Origin: the human T2T-CHM13v2.0 reference genome, Homo sapiens
NCBI RefSeq assembly: GCF_009914755.1
Contig: NC_060925.1
Reading direction: 5' to 3' (one strand)
DNA: 64,000 bases
Shown here: in pieces, positions 30,738-45,139 of the stretch
Layout: each line of letters begins with the position of its first letter
How positions within the stretch are numbered: position 1 is the stretch's first letter
Position numbers and translations under genes: made by a program
Notes under the pieces: generated by a model
The model's input: the letters and a program-made list of their open reading frames with translations, nothing else
What the model was told of the DNA's origin: nothing
Databases searched by the model: none

Positions 30738-32486
30738 CATTACAAACTGATGATTTAGGGACCAATAGCAATTCCAGGGAGCTACATGTACAATCAAACG
30801 GACTCCTGCAAAGTTTATTGATTCTAGGAATTAGTTACTTACCTAGTTCAACCCAGACTTTTCAGAGTTAGCTGCAACTTCCAAGGAAGTTACCAAGAAT
30901 TGCTTCTCCTCTCTGCTTCTCCTTAGTGCACCAATAAAGCCTAATTGCTGCAAACTCTCTGAAACAACCACTCTAATATTCAGCACAAAGCCTGATTGCT
31001 AAAAAAATGCAAAACCTATTTGTTAAATGATCTTTTATCTAAGCACATTCCCTGGGCTCACACTATCCATACCAGAACTTCTGGAATGCAGGCTTACGGT
31101 GTTTTTTCAAACTCTACATTAGTTCTCAAAAAATGAACAAGGTCCCACAGCCAATCTGCATGCAGCAACTTTGCACCAAAGTTATAACAGTACTGATCTA
31201 CCAATACCTTGCATTTCACTATTTGCCAAAACAACAAGACCTTATTTAGCATCAATTTTGTGTACATACACTTCAGAAAGAAGATAACCAGATATTAAAG
31301 ATAACCAGATATTAAAACTCCAAAGTTAAGGTTTGTAATGTGTTGATAAATCAAACAACACATATTTGTATCACTAGATTGAGCCCAGTAATTTCTATAG
31401 AACCTTAATTTCCCAAAAGGTACCTTAATCAGACTCTAGTCAAACACAACAAGATTTAGAAAAAACACACTGTTTTTTATCAAAAGGCAGGAAAATATAA
31501 CTGTCTTCTTTCTACTCTGGTAAAGGATTTCTAAATATACCTTCCAAGGGCAAAAGGGTGCCTTTGAAAAATAAGAAGATTCCTTATTTCTGTCAATAGA
31601 ATAATGATCCAGTTATATACCAAAGAGCAGATAGAAGACCTGGCTTTGGAGTCATGTGACTCTGCATTAGATCTCATGGGGTCTCTGTCTCAGTCTCTAC
31701 AAATAAAAACATGGCCTTGTCTCTATAAAAGATACAATGTACATAGAAGTGTTTTGCAAACTATTATATATTATCTTCTCAACATGCAAATTTATCCCTG
31801 TGAACTGATTCTTTCCCTCCCACTCACAGTGGCCAAAATAATTTATATTAGAATGTGTCCATAGGTGGCTTAATAGCAGTTGTGACAAAAGTGTAAACTA
31901 GAAAAGATACTGAATATTTACACACACATAAAGCAGCATGAAGCCACAGAAGGCTTCAAATGACAAAGAAATGAATTAGAAAAATCACCCACAGTACACT
32001 GGCCCTTCCTGGTTTTGGCAAGGATTTCAGCCAGAAAGACATGGTATTTAAGAAGAAAAATTAATAAAAAGAAAACATAAAATGAATTCTTTCAGAACTT
32101 CACAAAAGGTTATGTTTAAAAAGAAGTTTGGGAACAAGGGGATGCAGAGGGCTATGTTTTTTTCAGGTCTGACTTATCCTTTGCTATGGGTACACTGTCT
32201 TTTCATGTGGCCTCAAAGAAATAGTTGAGCCATTATTGTTGTTGATAATGACGAGCAGATGCTGATGGGATGATTGCACATCAACAGTTCTCAGACTCAG
32301 GTCTTGTGTAATTGGGTGTGTCAATCTATGTCACTCCACAGATGGTTATTAAACTAGTTACAACTTCCCTAAATCTTTTCACTAGATCTATGCAGCATTC
32401 TGGACAGCTATTCCTTGCCAACTGAGATTAGGCACTATTATAAAAAAAGTTTTGAAAAAACAATTCCAAGGTCTATTCCTCCTCCC

Positions 32487-32487
<1 letters not shown>

Positions 32488-32542
<55 letters not shown>

Positions 32543-32548
32543 CACACA
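32488..32548 (+). repeat. (AC)~30 microsatellite with one interruption
   Basis: Read directly; G interruption at 32536. Confidence 0.97.
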
Positions 32549-35500
32549 GAGTTAAATCAGAGATACTTAATTCAGATATTCAAATTTTTTAATTTGAAAT
32601 TTAAAATATTACCAAAGCCATAAATATTCCTTTAATGCAGTGAATGTAAGAAATCTATTAATTTCAACCTGTCTTGAATAAAAATTATAATACATATATA
32701 ATTTTCTATGAAAAAATTGTATGTATTTTGGATAATCTATGTACCTCAGGAGTAGCCCTTCTATCAAAGCTCTTCTCAGGATGGTGGAGAATGGTGAATC
32801 TCAGCTCTCACAACATAAAAGTGCCAAATTCTTCTTAGTGAAAGAGGTGTATAGCCTTGATGTGCTAGATAAAAGTGGCCTTCAGAGAAGAAGCTCTCCA
32901 CTGACCACGGGGCACGGTCAAATGTCCAGTTGGATTGCTGTGAGAGTCAAAATGATCCACTTGGCATTTTGTTGATATTGAGGTGTCAAACCTTTAACTA
33001 GTTGGCCACTCCTTCCAGTAAGCTTCTGTACACTGGACAACTGAAAGAAAGTTTGTTAAGAAGGCTCCCTTAAACAAAAGGTACAACTTATAAAATACAC
33101 TGTTGTGGAAAGACAAGTATAGCTTCATTATCATATAGATGTAAACAAGGCAGAGACTAGGCTAAAATAAAGTGTAAAATGTGAGTTTGTTAATTTTTCT
33201 TTCCCCGTGAACATTTGGCAGAGTTAAAATTTTAGCCATCATACATTTTATTCCCTGAAATGTATCAAGTCACAGTTCCCACAGACTCTAGATACACATT
33301 TCCTTGTGGGTGTATGTGTAAAACTACCATAACAAAACATTTTCTATTTCCTCATTTTGATTAAAAGGAAAGAAGAAATGCTAAACTGCACTTACATAAG
33401 TGACAGTGCAATAGTGACACACCCATCTGTGTACACAATTTGTATTCTGTTTAAATTTAAAGTTATAATGATAAGGTGAGAAATGCTAAGAGCTAGGAAA
33501 TAAAAATACACTTAGAAGCAGCCTATGTTGTACGCTCTTGAAAAACCTTAAGGAAGCTTTAAAGAGCAGCAAAATCACTTCAGGCCACTCAGGAAGAACT
33601 ATGGCTTGAGACATTAAAAATGGCTGAGGAAAAATACTAAGAAATAGACATCAGAAAATTAAAAACGCCTGTAAACGAGGGTGACATTATAGACCCACTA
33701 GCAGGACATATGAAAGTTGTGATGAGTTAAGCTGAGTCAGACACATATTCCTGCCTATTTCACATGGATCAACATCCTGTCTAGGAACCAGGGACAACTG
33801 ATTAACAATGTAAGCACAGAATAGCTTTAAGAAAAGCTAACTGACCCATCTGGGGAAAGAATACTCGAATTCTGCTCCATTTCTGTCATGCTCTGATGCA
33901 GCTAACCAAACAGAAATAAAGAGAATCCTTTCACATCATGAGAAATGAAATTCGGATTTAGGGACATTATAAAATTATGCGGTATCATGAAATAAGAACT
34001 GCTCTGGAAATCAGAACCTGGGTTCTAGCTCTGGCTTTTCCATATACTAACCATATGGTCTAAAGGAATTCCCTTAAGCTATTTGAGACTGATTATTTTC
34101 ATCTGTAAAACTAAAATAATGTAACCAGCCCTCCATTCTTACCAGAGTTCATTTGTGGCCCAAATAAATCATGTCTATTAAGGTGATTACAACCTAGAAA
34201 GCATTATTTAATGTAAAATATTATTTTATAATAGCACAATTCCCAGTCTAAAAATCTGTGAAACAGAAAATCCTTACCATCTAACCCAGAAATGATAAAT
34301 GATTACATGATTCAAATTAGATCACAAACACCTATATTATTATTAGATCCATTCCTCCAGCCCAAATGGGGGTGGTAAGTATACGTTGTTAGACCAGTGT
34401 AACTAACTTCAACAACTTTTTGTTTTGTTCTGTTTTGCAAATCCACCCAAGAATGCATTAACTTCAACAATTTTTTAAAAACAATTTCCACAATCCTCTC
34501 CTTGTGTCTCAACCATGCTCAGGAATTACAAGTACAATAATCTCCTCAACCTCCCCTAGCCTTTCCTAGCTCAGAAATCCGACATAGGCCACTTCGCATG
34601 CCTGATCAGATATGCTTTCCCAATGCTGAAAACCAACTGCTTCTAACATTTTAAACCTGATTTCCATGAAAACTCAGGGGTGAAAGAAACAAATAATCCA
34701 ACCAAATCAGTTCCTTCTTATTGGAAGAGTTCTTCATCTTTAATCTGAAATCCTAAATAATTTTTTCTATGAATCAATTGCTTCTGAGATGAGAGGTACA
34801 AGACACTACAAACTATGACCACGCAAAAGATTTTTAAAAGCTTTTGATTCACAGTGAGTTAACCTACAAACTTGAAGTTACTAGACAATAGTACTTTTAG
34901 TCTACTCTTTAGGTGATCCATAATCTTGCGTTGGCCATGAAGCAGAGCCTAAAAGGAGTCATTAAAAGAAACTGAAACAAGGTCTAGAGACAAATGTTCC
35001 CAGGCTATATATTCCAAAGGAGGAATTACCATGAAAGTAATGAACTTTAAAGTTCAGGGGCCCCTACACTCGGGTGCCTATTCTGTGCCCAGAACCACGC
35101 AAGCACAATTAAATATGTTGCTTTCAATCTTTACAAACAATCCTGCAAGTTAGATATTACTATTATTCCCATTATATAAATACGGGTACTGAGACTTAAA
35201 GAAGTTAAGTGGCTTGTCTAATATTCTTAGCTAGTACAAATCAGAGCCCAGTCTCTCTGATTCCAAAACTCACCAGCTATGCTAAAGCAAAAATCAAAAT
35301 GTAGTAGGGAAGGGTATCTAAAAGTCATTCTGAGAGATAATTAAAAATAAATAATGTTTGCTGTCACTTATCTCTTTTACCTTCTTTAATATCCCTTGGC
35401 ATCCTCTCCTTCAACATTCAACTATTAACTAACACAACTAAAACCTAAGGAGGAAGTCCAGTATGTTTGAAAGAACCCACATGTCTGAGCATGCAGGTGA

Positions 35501-37845
35501 AGGACGGTGTTTTAAAATAGCAGGGATAATCTAAGATTAGGTATTGGTGTCAAACACACTTCTCTTATCTATTAGTACAGATGACCACCAGTTTTCAGTA
35601 ACAAAAGATATGGTAATAAGAAAAAACAAATCCACAGAAAAGGAAAAAAACAAGCTTGTCTTTATGCTTGTTCTGTAATGATATGTGTAGAAATGCTACC
35701 CACAGTTAATTCCATAGTTCCTAAGCCAAGACAGGTTAGTACTGGGTAATTTTAATAATTGGCTATGTGCATTGTTCAGATGCTGAGGCATTCCAATCAT
35801 TTTACATGGTCTCTTACATCACTTTCAGAATGGTACCATAAGAACACAACTGTACAGTCAAGAAAAAGTTATTTGTAACTAAAACGGCTGGCATCAAACA
35901 TTTCTGAACATAAATCTGGCTCTGAATTGCTAGTTACAATCTCTCTCAATTTTTTATTTAAAAAAATCCACACATTCATTCCTGGTCTTGATCTACTAAA
36001 GAATTTCTTTTGGGATCAAAAAGTAACAGGAAAGAATGCTAACCAACTTTCCTTGGATTATAACAAACATAATTCCATTCTTCTTCCCAGTTACAAAAAG
36101 ATTTAAAAGAACTACAACTCTTCAAAATGGAAGTTTGCAATTTAGATCATTCTCCTATTATGCAAATGTTCATTCAGAATTAAAATATTGTTTTAAAAAG
36201 TAAAATGTAAGTCAGTCTAGTGCACAAAATGTTTACATTAAATACAAAATTACACTATCTAAGGGACTACAGGATTCCACCAGACAATGGTATTATTTAT
36301 TATGGTTAAGTATGTTGGCTTTGGATCAGGAAAGAGGGGTTCCAGTGACTGTTCTTTACCACTGACTGGCTAGGTGATCTGGATGAACATTCCTTAACTT
36401 TTCTGTAAACAAGAATCCTAACATCTATTTTAAGGACTAAAGGAAACAAGTAAAGTATTTTGTCCCCAAGCATCTGTCACATAATAAACCCTCAGAATAT
36501 GGAAGCTACTGATAGTCACATAAACTTCATGAAAACAGAAACATTCATCTGTTTTGTTCACTCTATTAACAAGGAGGCATGGCTTGATCAGTATTCATGC
36601 AAATACTTCCAGTTCCTCCAAAGTGACATTCATATTTATCTATATTAACTACATCCAAATTCTGCTATCCTTCGTGTATACTTCTCTTTTATTATAAGCA
36701 GCTTCAGCTACTTTTATGGAAAGATTTAAATTATTGGAAAATATTTTAAGGGTATTTAAGTTAACATATGGACCATTTACATATTCTATAAACTGTGTGC
36801 TTACACGTAATTATAAATATCTCAGACTGTAAAAGAAAACCTTCCATAATGTTCCCACAATGGAAAAATAAAGTCTTAGAAATAATTATAGAGGGAGCAG
36901 AAGGGAGTGGCAGGTAGAGGATAACTTACTAAATCGGCAAAATAAAATTTGGAATTTTTTCTTAAAACAAAACAAAATAAAAACCTGACAACCCTTGTTC
37001 AAGGCTGCCAAAACTTGAGAAGAAGCAAACTGTCAAGGGAAACAAATGTTAAAATATAAAGCCCTTTTCTGAGAAAGTAACTCCACCAGTCCAGGTTAAT
37101 CCAATTCTGAATCACTAATGACACCAGACCTGCCGGGTTGTCTCAACTACTACAAAGAAGTCCAAAGGGACAGGCAGAGGTTCACAGGCAAATTATTTTC
37201 ACTGCTGTCATTGAAATTTTAAATATAGCCACACCTCTCCCATCCCAACACCCTTTCTACTCCTCTACTGTTGTTGACTGGCACTAACCCTTTTCAGACC
37301 TCAAAAAACAAGGGCCGACATATTGATACATAATTTGAGTACTGAGCATAGTGGAAAAATCACTTGACTAAAAGTCAAGAGATTGGATTCTGGCCCCAAC
37401 CCTGACCCAGCTCTAGGTACTTGGGCCAGTCACTTTGCTTCTTTGGTTTTCTCTCTTTAAAACAAGGATGGATTAGATGGGTGGTTCCCCACACAAGATC
37501 CCAAAATCTCCAGGAGCCCCTGAGGTTGTAATAAAAGACAATGGGATATTTTTATTATTTCAAAATGTCTAACAGAGATAGTTCGTTAACTGCTTTAAGG
37601 CTAATTAAAACACCAAGTATTTTGGCTTCACATTAGTACTCTGCATGGTGACACTGGATGGCATGTGATTATGTTTGTCATATCATAGGAAATTTGGAAA
37701 CAAGAGTGTTAGACCTGATACTGTTCTCAAAGCTGTACCTCAGAAAATCACAATATCTTTACTAAACATAACATCCAATCACAAATGTGTGGTTAATAAA
37801 AAATGGGAAAATGATTTAACACCTATCAATGCAATTTGCATAATA

Positions 37846-38213
37846 CAAGCATACCTTTGTGATATTGTGGCTTCAGCTCCAGATCACCTCAATAAAGCAA
37901 ACAGTACAATGAAGCAAGTCAGAAATTTTTTGGTTCCCCAGTGCATACAAAAGTTATGTTTACAGTATACTCTAGTCCATTAAGCATGCAACAGCATTAT
38001 GTCTAAAGCATAATGCATATACCTGAGTTTAAAAATACTTTATTGCTAAAAAATACTGACACAGGGACATATAGTGAGTATATGCTATTGGAAAAAATGG
38101 TGCTGATACATTTGCTCGACATAGGGTTGCCACAAACTTTCAATTTGTAAAAAATAAAACAAAATCTGTGAAGCACAATAAAAGGGAACACACAATAAAA
38201 TAAGGTATGCCTA
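37846..38213. mobile_element. Tigger1 internal-deletion derivative (Tc1/mariner) with both terminal inverted repeats
   Basis: TA|caagcatacct ... aggtatgccta|TA; both Tigger1 ends are recognisable, joined near 38060. Confidence 0.85.
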
Positions 38214-39481
38214 TAGATAAAATCTCCCCAAACTGAAAGTGTACCTCATTAAGGGAAGAGACTCAAATATGAAACCCTTAAATAATTATTAGATCACAGG
38301 AAACCAGTGAACAATCCACAGGTTGCAAAGATGATGTTCCTATTTCCTCATGAAGGTTCCCAATCACTCATCCACTTTTGATTAAAGAAAAGTGAATGCA
38401 CCAAGAAGCCAGTCTGTACTACAACATAAAATAACACCAATACCAACAATAACTACTATTTACTGCACTTTAACTATGTGCCTGGTACTGTCCAATGAAT
38501 CTAACATTTATTAACTGATATTATCTTCATAACAACTCCAAAATATACTGCTACTATCTTTATTTTTAAAATAATAAAATTGAGGCACACCATGCTTCAG
38601 AAACTAGCCCAAAGACACGGGGCTAGTAAATTTAGAGCAAGGCTTGTATGTTTTCCAACCTTCTCCCCACCAAAGCTGGTATCTGCCTTTCAAAAAGATG
38701 TCTCCATAAATACAAACAGGAATGCCCCAAGCAGAGCCCAGAGGAGAAGGGCCATTGCTCCTGAGAGCAGTCCTCTGAAGAGTTCATCACTGTGGCCCTT
38801 TTCGGCTTAAAGATTCATCCTTAATGGAAACTCCCCTCTTTTCCCTCCAAATTATATTTGCTTGTCCTGGTAATGGAAATCAACTGATAGAAGGTTAAAA
38901 GCCATCAATGTATCGGTCAGCTAATGTCCATCCACTTCTTACTTATTCAGAAGATACAAAAGAGTTCTAACTGGCTGACCCTTCAAAGAAGGTAGTTTTT
39001 CAAATTAATTTTTACTTATACATATCATAAAAATAGGCATCTGCAGTATCCTGGAATGAGTGAGGGTTATGGAGACAGATCTAGCTCTGAATCTCGACTA
39101 AGCCACTTACTAACTGCATTATCCTGTGCAAGTTAGAAGCCCCAGTTTCCCTAAATACCTACCCCTGTCTCTTAGGGTTGTTGCAAAGTGTTAAGTGTAT
39201 GAATGTACATAAAACACCATGATTTATTGCAGCGGCCCTAGAGCCAGACAGGGGTTTGAATCCTGGCTACACCCCTCACTAACCATAGGCCAACATCCAA
39301 AGCTGTGAACCTAAGTTCCAAATTCCTTACCTATAATGTAGAAAAATATTGTCTACTCCAAAGGATAGCCATATGAATTAAATAAAGCAATATTTGCAAA
39401 GCCCCTAGCAGAATGATAGACACATAATAATAAAAATCAAAAAAGAAAAAAAAATCTGATGTTTAAAAAATCAAGCTGCAA

Positions 39482-39781
<300 letters not shown>

Positions 39782-41439
39782 TCAAGCCACAAGTTTAAGT
39801 ACCAGCTCTGTCACTTATTATGTAGGGGTAAACAATGTATACAAGTCACCTAACCCCTGTGAGGCTCCATTTCCACCAAGTTTGTGAGGATTAAAGGAGA
39901 TCACTGTGTAAGAATACTCTATAAATTATAAATTTCCAACAGAAATGTTGGAGGTTGTTTGATTCTACAGAAGTAATTTTTATATTAATTGTATTTACTG
40001 GTCCTTCCAAACAATATCTTCATCTTTAAAATGGAAAAAACTGAGGCAGAGAAATGTTGAGCCATAGAGGGAAGGCTACTGGTTTGAAATGTAGGGTGGA
40101 GACAAGGGCTGGGCCAAAATAAATTTAGACCAGGACAAAGCAGAAAATTTCTGAAAGCTTCAAAGGAGAAAAATGAGAATACTCATCAACCTATGTTTTT
40201 AATCAACAGCTTCACCTGCTGGTTAAGCCTCTCAGTGCACAGTGTGGGCATAATAATTCTCTTACTTCCTCCCAGAAACAGTATTAGACTTCAGAGTGAG
40301 AAAGAACTTCACTATCAAATCTCTTTTCCTATTCATAAATTAATTTTGGGATGGGGCACAGAAACAAAGACCAGTGGACATAAATTTGAGTCTCGGTCTA
40401 ACTGGCGTTTTCTGAACTACACCATTAAAAAAAAAAAAAAAGAAAATATTGTAATCCTTCAAATAGGTTTCCTTCCTTGGTTGATCAGAAATGTCCTCAT
40501 TCCCCAGGTCTCTTCATGCTAAATATGGTAATAGCTGGCAGACAGCCAGCCCAGTAAATTCCAATGATACTTAAGAAAGCATTCATATGGCCTGAAATTA
40601 CTCTGAACCAAACACTTGAGACCTGCAGGGCTTCAGCATAGAGCAGTTCAGCTGGAGCAACGAATGTCAAAACCAGCGGGGTGCCTTAAAAACACAAAAG
40701 CTTGGAAAAAAAGCAATCTACTCTTCTTTATTGCTACATTCTTTAGCAACAACATTGATCTCCTACCCACTGTGCACACAGCACTGCACTAGGGCAGTGA
40801 GAGGCTGGACAGAGGAATGGAAGAAACAGGTGGTGTCCATGGGTTGCCAAAACAACAGGTTGCTTCAGTCAGTTCTGTCCTACAACTAATCAATTTGGTG
40901 AGGAAAGGGGGAGAGAATCTTAGTCATCTTGTTCTCTGACCAAGCTAACTGGCTAGACCCACTGTACTGGCATTTATCCATTAGGTCAAAGTGTCAGAAT
41001 TAGCAGTGCATGGTAGACATAGCATTAGTCCTGCCTTTCAGGGATGTTAAATGCTTCAAAAATCTTGGCTATCTAGAAAAGGAGGACAGTAGCCGATTAC
41101 GTCACCCACCCAAAATCATGTATTTGACTCCAGAATACACTGCTTTTCTCCAACATATTTTTTTATTAAGTATTAAAGTAAATGTCAATTTCCTAGACAT
41201 ATACAGCTGAAAGCATGCTGATTTACGATACAGTCAGATAAGAACTTTCAAGTAGCTACAGAAAATAGCAGTTAACAAATGAATTAACCAATATCATTAG
41301 AAACCAAAGGATTAAAAAAATTAACCTATGAAATGAACAATTTTTATATCAACATTGGTAGCAATTTGATGTTATGTTATATACTGCTAATTATTTCCAT
41401 ACATATTGTGACATATTTAAGACAAAAGACTAACACCCT

Positions 41440-41900
41440 TAATATTTAAAGAGCTTTTTCAAACCAGTAAGAAAATAATTAAATGAGTAAAAGACACAAT
41501 TTACCAAAAGAAGTAGAAAAAAAGGCAATACAAACGCCACTGATGATATGAAAAAACATTCAATATCACTGTAATGAGAGAGGCATATTAAGATTAAGTA
41601 ATATTTACCACTTATCAAATGGTAAAGATTTTTAAAAATAAAACCTAGTGTTGACAATAGTATATTATGTGTGTGTGCATATATATATATGTAGATCTGT
41701 TCATAAACTAAATATATATATATATATATATAAAAATAAATCAACAGCTTTTCTAAATCTAAGGGTAAAAAAACCAAAGACGTATACCAAAAAATTAATG
41801 GCAGCATGATTGTGGACATTTTATTTATGCTTTTCTAGATTCTTCAAACATCCTTAACTACTTTTTCAAACATAATTACTTTTTATTTTACAAAAATAAA
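41440..41900 (+). mobile_element. Ancient L1ME-like 3' fragments containing (TA)n
   Basis: atatgaaaaaacattcaatatcactgtaatgagag...cacttatcaaatggtaaagatt. Confidence 0.55.
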
Positions 41901-44900
41901 AAAATCTTGTAAAGGTGCCAGAGAAAATCAGCAAAGTATAAATACGAGTTAATTATCTGTAAACATAACGAATAATTCTGTTGCTACGTAAACCTACCTT
42001 AAACTGTTTCAATGTTTGTTTTTAGTTACAACTATTTTCCTTAACTCTCTTAGAAAGAATATGTCAGAGAAGCCACTACATATTACTTACTTTAAATAGT
42101 AACATAATGCCAAAGACTTGCATGAATCTCAGGATACGGTCTTTTACCTAAAATTCCTCATGAAGATTAGAATGCACTTTAAATGTTGTAATAAAGTAAA
42201 TGCCCTTAATGTTTCTAACTAAAGAAGATCTAGCAAATAAATAAACCCATATTCACAGCAAATAAAAATATAATAAAATAATCGAAATACACATGTCCTC
42301 AAACTTCAATGTGTCTTGACAGCGTCTGAACCAAAGCATGTGTAAGGAGAGAATTAAACAAAAATGTCTTTGCTACTTACCACATTTACCATTTAGAGAA
42401 GTTGATATATCAGCACTATCTAGTTTTGTGATTATTCATACTTAGAAACTCAACAGAACAGATTAGTGAGTAAACAGTATTCAATTATTCTTATTTGAAT
42501 GTTGGTTAGGTATACCAATAGAACAACCTCTCCCTGCTAGGTACCCGTTAAAATAGATTATTGAAAATATTTGAAGCTTAAAAACTTACAGAATCTTCTC
42601 ACAAAAAAAAAGATGAAAATAAAAAGAGATGAAAAAGAAGCAAACAACAATTTTAAAACGTGCCTGCCTCAGAACAAGGCAGTTTATTTTAGAATGTAAC
42701 CACAGCTTCTTGTACAACACCTTATTCATCAAGCACAACTGTATTTTAAAGGAATGCTATTTGTTAAAAAGACAACATATTTAGGATAAGGTATCTAACT
42801 CCAACCACAATATTATCATCATGTTTTCCTTACTTCACAAAATACACACATACATTCATCATATGAATAAACATATATAATAAGGGTGAGAGAGCTACTC
42901 TTAACCCAGAAACAGGTTCTGCAACACCCATAGATCCAACCTGTCTTTATGCAACAATGAGTCCATCTTGGCAAGATGTTTGGCTGATGTATTCAAATAA
43001 CCCAGAGTTCTGCCAGCTGCCAGTATCCTGCAGAAGGAACTGACTCGGAGACCAGAAACTGCCCTAGGCAAGCCTCCAGGGAAAGGTGCTTCAGTCCAAT
43101 GGGAAGAAAAACCCAGCCCCTCACTGCCTGGCCAGAGGACCCGGGGTACCATGGCTGGAGCGACGTAGCTGGCTGGAAATGCGAGAGGGGCAAGGGACAC
43201 TAAGGTGAACCCCCAAGAGCTTGTTCAATCATACCTAGTAAAGGCCAAACTATTGGGGAGCTAGTAGAACAGGGTTTTGCCAAGACAAGTACAAAAGGGT
43301 GAGGGAGATATTAGTATGATTAATCAATGCCACCTGAGGCAGCAACTCTGGGTGTGTCCACACCACACTTCAGTCACTGCCTGGCTGTGACGAGAAGTTC
43401 CTTCAGCCACTGCCACTGAGAACTGCATCTTCCAAGGAAGATATCTCCACCATAACTTGTCCTAGTTCAGGCTTGGCATTCGGGACTAAGAACACAGCAC
43501 TCTCTCTTGCCGCAAACCCACTAACAGACATAATAGACACCACAACATGTGCCAAATTTATATTTACACCCTCACCAGACAAAGGGGTTTTTGTCTTTTC
43601 CCCAAGCCAAGTTCTAATACTTCTAAATTACAACACAGAAAGAGGAAAATGGCAGACAGCTCACGACAGCAGACAAGCCCAGCAAGGGTGAGCTGGAGGT
43701 CGCCTTTCCCTGGTGGTATTAAGACCTGAAGTTTACTCCCAAGACCCTATAGCTCCGAGTCACCCTGACTGCAGGAAACTGCTTTCAGAGAGCATAGATA
43801 AATGATAAAATAACTGTATTTCATATTCCTAATTGTGTGCTTATCTGTCTTGTCTCCATGATGATGTCAGCTCCTTGGGAGCAGGACCATATTTTCTACT
43901 TGGTCAATGATTCCCACACATCTAGAAGAGGAGAATACCCTGTACTTGCTACCACATGATGCCAAGGGAAGCACACAAATTAAGTGTGACAACACACCAC
44001 AATGCTCCCCCAATACACCACTAAGACAGCAGAGCTACAAAGATAGCAAATGTTAGTGCCAAGGGCTAGTGATCCTACCAGTGAATTACATGGAAACCTA
44101 TGTATTTACATACACAAGTTAATACAATAATTCCTTTGCTTTTCTTATTCCAAGCTATGGCTTTATCATCCCCCTTTCTTGGCTTTACTCTCCTTTTTAA
44201 GACCACAACGTATGTTCTGCCATACAGATAATATTCTCCTCAAAAAAGAGAGACAGGAGAAAAAACAGATCTACGGCAAACCTCCTACCACTACCAGTGA
44301 TGCAGTTTGTCCCGTCTCAAGCCTATGAGCATATCCTTTCAGATCTGAAGCCACTTCCTTCTTCCTATCAAGGACAGTATTATCAAGTGTCTTTGTGAGA
44401 GGAGCAATCCTGTGCCCCTTCTTGCAGATTGTTTTGTTCTGCTCAAGAAGCCCTAGATTCCTCCTTTATTTTCCTTTCCTTATTTCATTTGCTGCAGCAG
44501 CCCAGAAACCCCAAAAGCAGGACTGCCAGAAATGAGTGACCTTTATATCTCTCCACACTAACACATCTGAGGGAAACTGCCGACACCAAATATGTGTTCA
44601 TGAGCTAATGAAGCAGAAATCCTCAAAGGAAGCACCATTTGCAACGGCTGAGGACAGAATTCTTTAGTGGACACCAAAAAGGCTGTGGAACTCCTATGCA
44701 TTCTAACATCTCAGGTAACATTCTAATGGAGGAATAAGGAGGCTTACAACAAAGTCATACAACACAAACAGAAGTCTGAAAATGCTGGATTTCGCAAATT
44801 TCTTTTAAGACAAAACAACTTTACTAACCTTATACCATAGCAGCTTTCTTCTCTGTACTAAGTGAGGCCAGCAAGTAGGAGGCATTTCCAAGGGGGAAAA

Positions 44901-44990
44901 ATGACCACAGGATCTAGCCAAAGCAACCTGTCTCTAATACTCTCAAAAAACAAACAAACAAAAACACTTTGATTTCCCAGATTCACTCTG

Positions 44991-45139
44991 CAGTGATTCT
45001 AAAACTTTCCTAATGTAAGAATCACCTGGCTATTTCTTGAACACACAAATTCCCAGATGACACTCCAGATGCACTGAATCAGAATCTCCATGAGAACACC
45101 TGAGCTATTCTTATCATAAGAGAGGTTAGGGAAACACTG
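44991..45139. mobile_element. MER5-family element
   Basis: cagtgattct...gaatcacctgg...actgaatcagaatctcca...ggaaacactg, with CAGTG/CACTG termini. Confidence 0.7.
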
